Of a stretch of DNA of 36,788 bases, positions 1 to 9,291 are shown piece after piece (position 1 is the stretch's first letter; each line of letters starts with the position of its first letter). The DNA lies in the NCBI GenBank assembly GCA_047617145.1, contig JBLGCF010000002.1, forward strand, positions 1-36,788, written 5' to 3'. The DNA comes from Thalassomonas sp. GTDB lineage: Bacteria; Bacteroidota; Bacteroidia; Flavobacteriales; BACL11. Made by a program: the position numbers and the translations under genes. Under the pieces are notes generated by a model. That model was not told the DNA's origin. It did no database searches and saw only the letters and a list, made by a program, of their open reading frames with translations.

Positions 1-1
1 C

Positions 2-172
2 AATGAAGTTGATGTGAAGGGGAGTTTAGTGAAAAGTGATGATAGTGTAATGATAGATGCTACTTTTACTATTCAACTTAAAGATTATAAAATTAAAATT
101 CCTAAAATAGTAATGTACAATATTGCTAAAGAGATTGAAGTTACTGTAAAAGCAAAATTAAAAAAAATATAG
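2..172 (+). CDS. 3' end of a CDS truncated by the window edge, possibly a YceI-like protein
   Basis: The frame is open from position 2 to TAG at 170-172 (...FTIQLKDYKIKIPKIVMYNIAKEIEVTVKAKLKKI*). The stop abuts the ATG of the next gene. The family guess comes from sequence pattern recall only. Confidence 0.4.
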   Translation, partial: NEVDVKGSLVKSDDSVMIDATFTIQLKDYKIKIPKIVMYNIAKEIEVTVKAKLKKI

Positions 173-1024
173 ATGAAAAAAATACTATTAATTTTACTTT
201 TTTGTCAAGCAACTGTTTTTGCTCAGAATGATTTATTACAATTATTGAGTGATGATTCAAATTTTAAAATAAGCTCTACTTTTAAGGCAGTAAAAATTGT
301 AAATAGTCAATCCGTAGAGTTGGTTAGTAAAGGAGATTTACTTTTCTTGATTCAACATAGGTTTGGGACTTTAAATTCTGGAGCGTATAATTTGTATGGA
401 TTGGATAATTCCCAAGTGCGTTTTGGTTTGGATTATGGGGTGAATGATTGGGTTTCAATTGGGTTGGGTAGAAGTTCATTTTTAAAAACGATTGATGCAA
501 ATTCAAAAATAAAATTAGTTAGCCAAACCAAGGGAGAGGATGCTTTTCCTTTCAGTTTGGTTTGGTATTCTACCGTTTTCTTTAAGCAATCAATATGGGA
601 AGATATGCAAAAAGAAAGTTATGTTATGACGGACCAAATGAGCTATGCACATCAATTGTTGATTGCACGAAAAATGAATAGTAATTTATCGATTCAGCTA
701 AGTCCAACAATAGTGCATAAAAATGTAGTTGCCAAAGGTGATGCACATGATTTACTTTCTGTTGGCTTAGGAGCAAGGCATAAATTAACCTCAAGAATTT
801 CAGTAAATGCAGAGTATTTTTTGCAATTAAATGAAGCTGAGAATATTAATCCATTATCTATAGGGGTGGATATTGAAACAGGAGGTCATGTTTTTCAGTT
901 GCATTTAAGCAATTCGGCAGCCATGTTTGAGCGTGCTTTTATTCATGAAACAAATGGGAATTGGTTGGAGGGAGACATTTATTTTGGCTTTAATATTTCC
1001 AGAGTTTTTACACTAGCAAAATAG
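173..1024 (+). CDS. Secreted outer-membrane beta-barrel-like protein (DUF5777-like), function unknown
   Basis: ATG start and N-terminal signal peptide MKKILLILLFCQATVFA-Q. The sequence shows an alternating beta-strand pattern and an aromatic-rich C-terminal region. There are no catalytic motifs. Confidence 0.7.
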   Translation: MKKILLILLFCQATVFAQNDLLQLLSDDSNFKISSTFKAVKIVNSQSVELVSKGDLLFLIQHRFGTLNSGAYNLYGLDNSQVRFGLDYGVNDWVSIGLGRSSFLKTIDANSKIKLVSQTKGEDAFPFSLVWYSTVFFKQSIWEDMQKESYVMTDQMSYAHQLLIARKMNSNLSIQLSPTIVHKNVVAKGDAHDLLSVGLGARHKLTSRISVNAEYFLQLNEAENINPLSIGVDIETGGHVFQLHLSNSAAMFERAFIHETNGNWLEGDIYFGFNISRVFTLAK

Positions 1025-1033
1025 AATATCAAT

Positions 1034-2239
1034 ATGCAAAATAAACAGTTTGATATAGCAGTAGTAGGAGGTGGAATTGTAGGATTGGCAACTGCTTATC
1101 AACTTCAGAAAGAGTTTCCAACACTTAATATTGTTGTTTTTGAAAAAGAAAAAGAATTAGCCTTCCATCAAACGGGTAGAAATTCAGGGGTAATTCATTC
1201 TGGTTTGTATTATAAGAATGGTTCCTTAAAAGCAAAAAATTGTGTTGAGGGGAGGAAAGACCTTATTGAATTTGCGCAAGCAAATAAAGTGGAATATGAT
1301 ATTTGCGGAAAGATTGTTGTGGCCATAAATCCTGCTGAAGCTGAACGCTTGGAAGGCTTAAAAGCCAATGGAGAAAAGAATGGATTAAAGGGATTGGCTT
1401 TGTTGTCTCCTGAGAAATTTAAAAAGATAGAGCCTAATATTGAAGGCCTAAAAGCACTTTGGGTTCCTGAGGCAGGAATTATAGATTATAAAGGAATAAC
1501 GAATAAACTTGCTGAGCAAGTCCTTGTTATAAACCCGAATAGTAAAGTAACAACTGGTTGTGAGGTGTTTGATTATAATGTCGATACAATACAAACCTCA
1601 AAGGGAGAATTTAATGCTAAGCACATCATTTTTTGTGGGGGCTTGTTTGCCGATAGGTTAGCAACTAAAGATAAAATGAAGTTGGATATGCAAATTGTAG
1701 GGTTCAGAGGGGATTATTACGAATTGACTGAGCGTGCAAAATCAAAGGTTAATCATTTAGTTTATCCTGTTCCTAATCCTGAGTTTCCATTTTTGGGAGT
1801 GCATTTTACACGAATGATAAATGGTGATATTGAGTGTGGACCCAATGCAGTTTTCACCTTTAAAAGAGAAGGGTATAGTAAGACAGATTTTAGCTTGAAA
1901 GATACCTTGCAAGCCCTTGCTTTTTCAGGAACTTGGCGATTGTTCATAAATCATTGGAAATTTGGACTAGCTGAGTACAGAAGGGCGTTCTCAAAATCAT
2001 TATTTTTGAAGGAATTACAAAAGATGCTGCCAACCCTTAAGATGGAGGACATTGTTGAAAGTAGAAGTGGTGTGCGAGCTATGGCTTTAGGGAGTAATGG
2101 TGAAGTAATTGATGATTTTAAAATAATAAAAAACAAAAAGAATATACATGTGCTAAATGCACCTTCGCCAGCAGCAACAGCTTGTTTATCTATTGGAAAG
2201 CAAATAATGGAAGAAGCAAAATCACATTTTAATCTGTAA
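1034..2239 (+). CDS. lhgO: L-2-hydroxyglutarate oxidase (FAD-dependent oxidoreductase)
   Basis: N-terminal Rossmann motif VVGGGIVG. The block HQTGRNSGVIHSGLYYKNGSLKAKNC closely parallels E. coli LhgO. The length (401 aa) is typical. Confidence 0.85.
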   Translation: MQNKQFDIAVVGGGIVGLATAYQLQKEFPTLNIVVFEKEKELAFHQTGRNSGVIHSGLYYKNGSLKAKNCVEGRKDLIEFAQANKVEYDICGKIVVAINPAEAERLEGLKANGEKNGLKGLALLSPEKFKKIEPNIEGLKALWVPEAGIIDYKGITNKLAEQVLVINPNSKVTTGCEVFDYNVDTIQTSKGEFNAKHIIFCGGLFADRLATKDKMKLDMQIVGFRGDYYELTERAKSKVNHLVYPVPNPEFPFLGVHFTRMINGDIECGPNAVFTFKREGYSKTDFSLKDTLQALAFSGTWRLFINHWKFGLAEYRRAFSKSLFLKELQKMLPTLKMEDIVESRSGVRAMALGSNGEVIDDFKIIKNKKNIHVLNAPSPAATACLSIGKQIMEEAKSHFNL

Positions 2240-2244
2240 TAGAT

Positions 2245-2802
2245 ATGATAAAGTTTTTAGGTTTATTATCAAAAAAGAAAAAAGTAAAAGCTGAAGTGGC
2301 TGCTGCTATTTACGTGAATTTACTTAATAATGTAATAGAGGTTGGCTTTGTTGAAATTAAAGATTTTATCAATAACAATAATAACTTAGAGGATAATCCT
2401 AACCTGACTAATGAAGATGTTGAGTGGTTTAGGAATATTATCTTTTTAGGTAACATGCAAAACTTAGACGCCTTTTTTGAAGACAAGGAGTCCGCTATTT
2501 TAAGGGGGCTTATTTTGAATGAAATGCACAAAGAATTACCTGAAAATGAGCAGCATTTAGCAATTGAGCGTTTCTTGGATTATGAAAACTATTTTAATGA
2601 ATTACTAATTGAAAACGAATATTCAATAAATGCTATGGCTTATGGGATTTTCGAAAAATATAATATTAATGAGTATCAAGGGGATTTGTTTAAACGAAAG
2701 AATAAACCAAACCCAATATTTTATAATGAATTGAAGAATCTCTTAAAACACTTTATGTGGAATTGGGAGGATTATTTAGAAAAGAATAAATTGAAATTTT
2801 AA
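2245..2802 (+). CDS. Hypothetical cytoplasmic protein, 185 aa
   Basis: The ATG lies 5 nt after the lhgO stop, so it is likely co-transcribed, and a strong terminator follows. I recognise no motif. Confidence 0.65.
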   Translation: MIKFLGLLSKKKKVKAEVAAAIYVNLLNNVIEVGFVEIKDFINNNNNLEDNPNLTNEDVEWFRNIIFLGNMQNLDAFFEDKESAILRGLILNEMHKELPENEQHLAIERFLDYENYFNELLIENEYSINAMAYGIFEKYNINEYQGDLFKRKNKPNPIFYNELKNLLKHFMWNWEDYLEKNKLKF

Positions 2803-2806
2803 CAAT

Positions 2807-2837
2807 AAAAAAGCTGAGCATTTGCTCAGCTTTTTTA
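2807..2837. terminator. Bidirectional rho-independent terminator between convergent genes
   Basis: AAAAAAGCTGAGCATTTGCTCAGCTTTTTT forms an 8-bp GC-containing stem (AGCTGAGC/GCTCAGCT). It has an A-run upstream and a T-run downstream, so it can work on both strands. Confidence 0.8.
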
Positions 2838-2860
2838 TTGTTAAATATTCTGAATGATAT

Positions 2861-4204
2861 TTATATACCCGTATAGTTACTAGGAGTGATTGCTTTTAAT
2901 TCAGCTTTAATAGTACTGTTTACATTTAAAGTGTCAATAAAGGAAGCAATGCTTCCCGCATTGATTACCGAGTTAGTTCTTGTTAATTCCTTAAGTGCTT
3001 CATAAGGATTAGGGTACCCTTCTCTTCTTAAAATTGTTTGAATAGCTTCAGCTACAACTGCCCAGTTCCTCTCTAAGTCGGCAGCAATGTTTGCTTCATT
3101 GATAAGTAACTTATTCACTCCTTTATTCAAGGACGCAAAGGCGATAAGTGTATGTGCGAACGGCACTCCAATATTTCTTAAAACTGTACTGTCGGTTAAA
3201 TCTCTTTGTAAACGAGAAATAGGTAATTTACTAGATAGGAAAGAGAAAATTGCATTTGCCATTCCTAAGTTTCCTTCTGCATTTTCAAAATCAATAGGGT
3301 TTACTTTGTGTGGCATTGCTGAAGAGCCAACTTCTCCTTTTTTAATTTTTTGTTTGAAATAATCCATAGAAACATAGGTCCAGATATCTCTTGAGAAATC
3401 AACTAAAATGGTGTTGATTCTGCTGATGTTATCCATGAGTGCTGCTAGATTATCGTAATGCTCAATTTGTGTAGTTGTTTGTTGACGTTCTAGCCCTAAA
3501 GCATCAGCAGTAAAAGTATTTGCAAAAATTACCCAATCAATTTCAGGGAAAGCAACATGGTGTGCATTAAAGTTACCTGTTGCACCACCAAACTTGGCAG
3601 AAAAAGGAATGGTGTCTAATAATAAAAGTTGCTTTTCAATACGCTCAATAAACACTTGAATTTCTTTACCCATTCTTGTTGGTGAGGCTGCTTGTCCGTG
3701 TGTACGCGCCAACAAAGGAATTGCTTTCCACTGATCAGCTCTATCTTTTAATAACGCAATAATTCCAGTTAATTGAGGTAAATATATTTGGTTTACCGCT
3801 TCTTTTATAGAATAAGGAACAGCAGTATTGTTTATATCCTGTGAAGTTAATCCAAAATGGATAAATTCTTTAAATTCTTGTAATCCTAATGTATCAAATT
3901 CCTCTTTAATAAAGTACTCTACTGCCTTTACATCATGGTTAGTAATGCTTTCAATATCCTTAATTCGTTGAGCATCACTTTCATTAAAGTTCGTGTATAA
4001 ACCTCTTAGATCACTAAATTTTTCAGTAGGAAAGTGGTTAAGTTGTAGGATAGAACTATTGCAAAGCGCAATGAAATATTCAATTTCAACTTGTACTCTA
4101 AACTTGATTAATGCGGCTTCAGAAAAGTATGCTTGTAGGCTAGACGTTTTACTGATATATCTTCCGTCAATTGGGGTAACTGCAGTTAAAGGAGTAAGTG
4201 CCAT
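2861..4204 (-). CDS. purB: Adenylosuccinate lyase
   Basis: Fumarate-lyase signature GSSAMPHKVNP is present. The length (447 aa) and the N-terminus ...PIDGRYISKT... are typical of purB. Confidence 0.95.
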   Translation of the reverse strand: MALTPLTAVTPIDGRYISKTSSLQAYFSEAALIKFRVQVEIEYFIALCNSSILQLNHFPTEKFSDLRGLYTNFNESDAQRIKDIESITNHDVKAVEYFIKEEFDTLGLQEFKEFIHFGLTSQDINNTAVPYSIKEAVNQIYLPQLTGIIALLKDRADQWKAIPLLARTHGQAASPTRMGKEIQVFIERIEKQLLLLDTIPFSAKFGGATGNFNAHHVAFPEIDWVIFANTFTADALGLERQQTTTQIEHYDNLAALMDNISRINTILVDFSRDIWTYVSMDYFKQKIKKGEVGSSAMPHKVNPIDFENAEGNLGMANAIFSFLSSKLPISRLQRDLTDSTVLRNIGVPFAHTLIAFASLNKGVNKLLINEANIAADLERNWAVVAEAIQTILRREGYPNPYEALKELTRTNSVINAGSIASFIDTLNVNSTIKAELKAITPSNYTGI

Positions 4205-4228
4205 TTTTTATTTTGTTAATTAAAGCTG

Positions 4229-4236
4229 CAAATTTA
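4229..4236 (-). promoter_or_regulatory. Candidate Bacteroidota -7 promoter box for purB
   Basis: TAAATTTG on the minus strand is an exact TAnnTTTG match, 24 nt upstream of the purB ATG. Confidence 0.45.
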
Positions 4237-4273
4237 AGCATTTTAAATAAGATGTTCTTTGAGAAACGAATTT

Positions 4274-4281
4274 TACATTTG
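4274..4281 (+). promoter_or_regulatory. Candidate -7 promoter box for the DUF456-mqnA unit
   Basis: TACATTTG is an exact TAnnTTTG match, 21 nt upstream of the ATG at 4303. Confidence 0.45.
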
Positions 4282-4302
4282 CTTTTTTACTACTTTTGGA
4301 AA

Positions 4303-4791
4303 ATGGAAATACTTATATTGATTGGTATTGGAATTTTATTGCTTTTAGGAATTATTGGATGTTTTGTTCCGATAATTCCAGGACCTCCAATTTCATATGG
4401 TGGATTATTAGTGTTTCATTTTTTTAGTTCTTATTCCATTCAAGAAAATATCTTATGGTTGATGGCTTTTGTAGTTATTGCTGTTACAATTTTTGATATA
4501 TGGGTGCAGATTTATGGCGTGAAAAAATTTGGAGGTACAAAAAAGGCTGTTAATGGTTCTATTATTGGTTTAATTATTGGGATTTTCTTTTTTCCTCCTT
4601 TTGGAATAATTATCGGTCCGTTTCTTGGTGCTTTTATTGGAGCTAGAATGGAAGAAAATTCGGATGGAAATAAAGCGATAAAAATTGCACTAGGTGCTCT
4701 TGCAGGTTTTTTTGCAGGAACAATGTTGAAACTTTCTGTTAGTGTGTATATTAGTTATATTGTATTTCAAGCAATTCCTTCTTTATGGTAA
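4303..4791 (+). CDS. Small integral membrane protein, DUF456-like
   Basis: The track ORF 4198..4791 begins before the promoter box. The first ATG is at 4303 (MEILILIGIGILLLL...). The protein has four hydrophobic segments and a Gly/Pro-rich IPGPPISYGG motif. Confidence 0.7.
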   Translation: MEILILIGIGILLLLGIIGCFVPIIPGPPISYGGLLVFHFFSSYSIQENILWLMAFVVIAVTIFDIWVQIYGVKKFGGTKKAVNGSIIGLIIGIFFFPPFGIIIGPFLGAFIGARMEENSDGNKAIKIALGALAGFFAGTMLKLSVSVYISYIVFQAIPSLW

Positions 4792-5528
4792 AGTATAAAG
4801 TTTCGGCTGTTTCTTATTTAAATACAGTTCCTTTTATGCATGGGTTAAAGCAAAGTAAGTTGATACACAGTATTGATTTGCAGTTGGATTATCCTTCCAT
4901 TTGTGCAGATAAACTCATTAATGGTACTGTGGATTTGGCTTTAGTACCTGTAGCCGTTATTCCAAAATTAAGAAAAGCGCATATTATTTCGGACTATTGT
5001 ATAGGAGCGGATGGTGCTGTGGATACGGTTTGTTTGTATTCGGATGTTCCTATTGAAAAAATTGAAAGCATAGGCTTAGATTATCAATCGCGAACTTCTG
5101 TGGCATTGCTTAAAATTTTATTGAATGAATATTGGGAATTAAATCCTGAACTTAAAAAAGCGGCTGTTGGTTTTGAAGGGGATATAAAAGGAAATAATGC
5201 TGCTTTGGTAATTGGCGATAGGACTTTTGCTTTGAATTCTAAGCATGCCTATATTTATGATTTATCAGCTATTTGGAAAGAGATGACAGGCCTGCCCTTT
5301 GTATTTGCCGCTTGGGTGGCGAACAAAAAATTACCTCAAGATTTTATTACTAAATTTAACATAGCCCTTGAAAAAGGATTAAGTGATGTTGATACTGCTT
5401 TGGCTTTAGAGGGGGCTAATTATCCGAATTGTACAAACCCTGAAGATTATTTGAACAATAAAATTTCCTATACCCTAGATGCTGAAAAGCAAAAGGGAAT
5501 GGAACTTTTTTTAAATAAGTTATCCTAA
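4785..5528 (+). CDS. mqnA: Chorismate dehydratase, futalosine-pathway menaquinone biosynthesis (MqnA family)
   Basis: The N-terminus KVSAVSYLNTVPFMHGL is typical of MqnA/MqnD-fold proteins. The length is 247 aa. It overlaps the upstream gene by 7 nt, which suggests coupling. Confidence 0.75.
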   Translation: MVKYKVSAVSYLNTVPFMHGLKQSKLIHSIDLQLDYPSICADKLINGTVDLALVPVAVIPKLRKAHIISDYCIGADGAVDTVCLYSDVPIEKIESIGLDYQSRTSVALLKILLNEYWELNPELKKAAVGFEGDIKGNNAALVIGDRTFALNSKHAYIYDLSAIWKEMTGLPFVFAAWVANKKLPQDFITKFNIALEKGLSDVDTALALEGANYPNCTNPEDYLNNKISYTLDAEKQKGMELFLNKLS

Positions 5529-5539
5529 GGTTTTACCCC

Positions 5540-5638
5540 TTATTTAGCTTTCTTTAACCTTTTTGCTGCTTTCTTTTCTTTTGCAGATTTAGCTGGTTCT
5601 TTTTTTGTGTTTTTCTTTGCGTCTTGTCCTTTCCCCAT
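5540..5638 (-). CDS. Possible 32-aa lysine-rich micro-protein (MGKGQDAKKNTKKEPAKSAKEKKAAKRLKKAK)
   Basis: This ATG..TAA frame is not in the ORF track because it is under 60 aa. It lies 115 nt downstream of yidC on the same strand. The sequence is low-complexity, so it could be fortuitous. Confidence 0.25.
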   Translation of the reverse strand: MGKGQDAKKNTKKEPAKSAKEKKAAKRLKKAK

Positions 5639-5753
5639 AATAGTATATTTTTATTAATTTAAGATTAGTTAAAAGTACAATAATTTTTGAACTTATAAGT
5701 GTATTGCTCTTTAACTGCCTTTTGATACAATTAATCAATCAGGCTTTTTTAAA

Positions 5754-7565
5754 TTATTTTTTCTTTTTCAATTGTTGCTCTTGTTTTTTCTGCATGTCTT
5801 CTAATTTCTTTTGGAACTTAGATTTTGGCTTGGCAGGTTTCTTTTTATTTGCTTCCAATTGTGCCAATATTGCATCTTCATCAATCATTATTTTCATGAA
5901 GTATTGCTGGGTGAAAGTAAACATATTCGCTAAAAAGTAGTAGTATGAAAGTCCTGCAGCATAATTATTAAAGAACCCAAGGAACATGATTGGCATAAGG
6001 TACATCATCCATTTCATTTGTGCCATTTGCCCGGTTGCCATTGACGAGTTCATGTGTGTGTACAACAAAGTAGACACCGTCATCAATAGCGTAAATAAAC
6101 TAATATGATCTCCATAAAAAGGAATATTGAAACCTAGGTTGTAAATAGAATCGTATGACGATAAATCATCAGCCCAAAGGAAACTTTCTTGTCTTAACTC
6201 AATAGAGGCAGGGAAGAAACGGAACATGGCAATAAGTATAGGGAATTGAAAAAGCATGGGTAGGCAGCCTCCCATTGGGTTTACGCCTGCTTTTCGGTAA
6301 AGTCCCATAGTTTCTTGCTGGGCTTTCATTGGATCTTTTCCTTTTAACTTCTCATTAATTTTATCAATTTCAGGTTTTAAAACCTTCATTTTTGCTTGTG
6401 ATAAAAATGCTTTGTAAGTAAAAGGAGCAAGTCCTATTTTTATGATTAAAGTAAGAATAAGTATAATTAATCCATAAGAAGCAAAGTATTTACTTAGGAA
6501 GTCAAAAATATTGATAATAATGTACTGGTTTACCCATCCAAAAATCCCCCAACCCAAGGGTACTAATTCTTCAAAGCCTGAATTATAGGATTCTAATGTT
6601 TTATAATGGTTTGGTCCAAAATAAAACTGGAAACTTAATTGTTCATCTCGTTTATGATTATACGGTAATTCAAATTTAGCTGCTAAATCTTTTATGAATT
6701 TTGACCCTTCACTTTTAGTAGATGTTAAGTTTGTTGGTTTGTCAAATCCGTTTTTTGCTATAATAATAGCACTAAAGAATTGTTGCTTGAACGCTACCCA
6801 GTTTAAACGGGCATTTATTTCGTCTTCATCAGTTGACGTAAAACTTAAATAATCAACCTCATTGTCAGCACTGTATTGGTATTGCAACCCTGTATACATG
6901 TCTTGATTCGTCTTGCTTTTCTCAGTTTGTGGCGTTTTCATTTGCCACTCCAAGTTCATGTAATTTACTCCTGATGGAATAATGCTTTCCATTCCTACAA
7001 AATTGATGTCAAAATCAATAAGGTAGTCATCAGTAAGCGTGTACACATATTCTACATAATGGCTGTCATCCGCCTTTAGTTTCATGCTTAAAGTATTGCT
7101 GCTTTGTTCAGCAACAAAATATAAGTCGGCCGTGTTTATGTTATGTCCTGTCGTAAATTGTAAATTAAAACGCGAGCTATCTGCATCAAATAAATCAAGC
7201 GCTAGAGAATCAAAAGTTTGGTATTCTTTTAAAATTACGGATATAATTCTACCTCCTTTGTTTGCAACTGTAATTTTTAATTTATCATTTTCGATTGTCT
7301 GAAACTCGTCAGTTCCTATTGCTGCAGAAGCAAAAATTCCATAAGTTGCTTTTAGCTCGTCACTAACCGTATTGTTATTTAGAGTAGGAGTAATACGAGA
7401 TATTGCCGTTTCAGCAAGTTGGGTTTCAGCAGCTATAATCTCAGTAGGAGTAGTAGTTAGCGTCTGTTCTTGAGGAATTTCAGGGAAGAAGAAAGTATTA
7501 AATACTATCAATATGATAGCCATTAATACAAAACCAATTAGTGAATTTTTATCGTATTGTTTCAT
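5754..7565 (-). CDS. yidC: Membrane protein insertase YidC
   Basis: The C-terminal core GGCLPMLFQFPILIAMF, the large periplasmic domain and the Lys-rich tail fit YidC. I chose the ATG at 7565 (MKQYDKNSLIGFVLM...). The track start at 7613 is a GTG lying inside pyrG. Confidence 0.9.
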   Translation of the reverse strand: MKQYDKNSLIGFVLMAIILIVFNTFFFPEIPQEQTLTTTPTEIIAAETQLAETAISRITPTLNNNTVSDELKATYGIFASAAIGTDEFQTIENDKLKITVANKGGRIISVILKEYQTFDSLALDLFDADSSRFNLQFTTGHNINTADLYFVAEQSSNTLSMKLKADDSHYVEYVYTLTDDYLIDFDINFVGMESIIPSGVNYMNLEWQMKTPQTEKSKTNQDMYTGLQYQYSADNEVDYLSFTSTDEDEINARLNWVAFKQQFFSAIIIAKNGFDKPTNLTSTKSEGSKFIKDLAAKFELPYNHKRDEQLSFQFYFGPNHYKTLESYNSGFEELVPLGWGIFGWVNQYIIINIFDFLSKYFASYGLIILILTLIIKIGLAPFTYKAFLSQAKMKVLKPEIDKINEKLKGKDPMKAQQETMGLYRKAGVNPMGGCLPMLFQFPILIAMFRFFPASIELRQESFLWADDLSSYDSIYNLGFNIPFYGDHISLFTLLMTVSTLLYTHMNSSMATGQMAQMKWMMYLMPIMFLGFFNNYAAGLSYYYFLANMFTFTQQYFMKIMIDEDAILAQLEANKKKPAKPKSKFQKKLEDMQKKQEQQLKKKK

Positions 7566-7578
7566 TTGTAAAACTTGA

Positions 7579-9192
<1,614 letters not shown>

Positions 9193-9291
9193 TTACAGTA
9201 GTTTTTGTTTTCGTAAAAATACTATTTGTAACTGATATTTCTTTTAATGATAAAAGTTTTATTAAAAGTTTTTTTAAGCTAGCTAACTTAT

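Noticed and set aside
324-506. There are many 60-150-aa antisense or out-of-frame ORFs nested inside long genes, for example 324-506, 3087-3362, 7889-8236, 15909-16289, 18577-18891, 19639-20088, 26720-27007 and 30466-30864.
   Set aside because: They are shadow ORFs lying entirely within well-supported genes. They show odd composition (Cys, Phe or Ser-rich) and have no start context or promoter boxes.
4198-4302. Several track ORFs have N-terminal extensions: 4198 (DUF456), 7613 (yidC), 19355 (acnA), 32547 (ftsE) and 32708 (TPR).
   Set aside because: These begin at non-ATG or implausible starts. They overlap promoter boxes or neighbouring genes and add non-conserved residues ahead of canonical N-termini or signal peptides. 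I used the internal ATGs instead.
9277-9284. An AGCTAGCT palindrome and a TAAAAGTTTT direct repeat lie between the TonB-receptor stop and the pyrG start.
   Set aside because: The 8-bp palindrome cannot form a loop, so it is not a terminator hairpin. The repeats are AT-only and short, so they are likely compositional.
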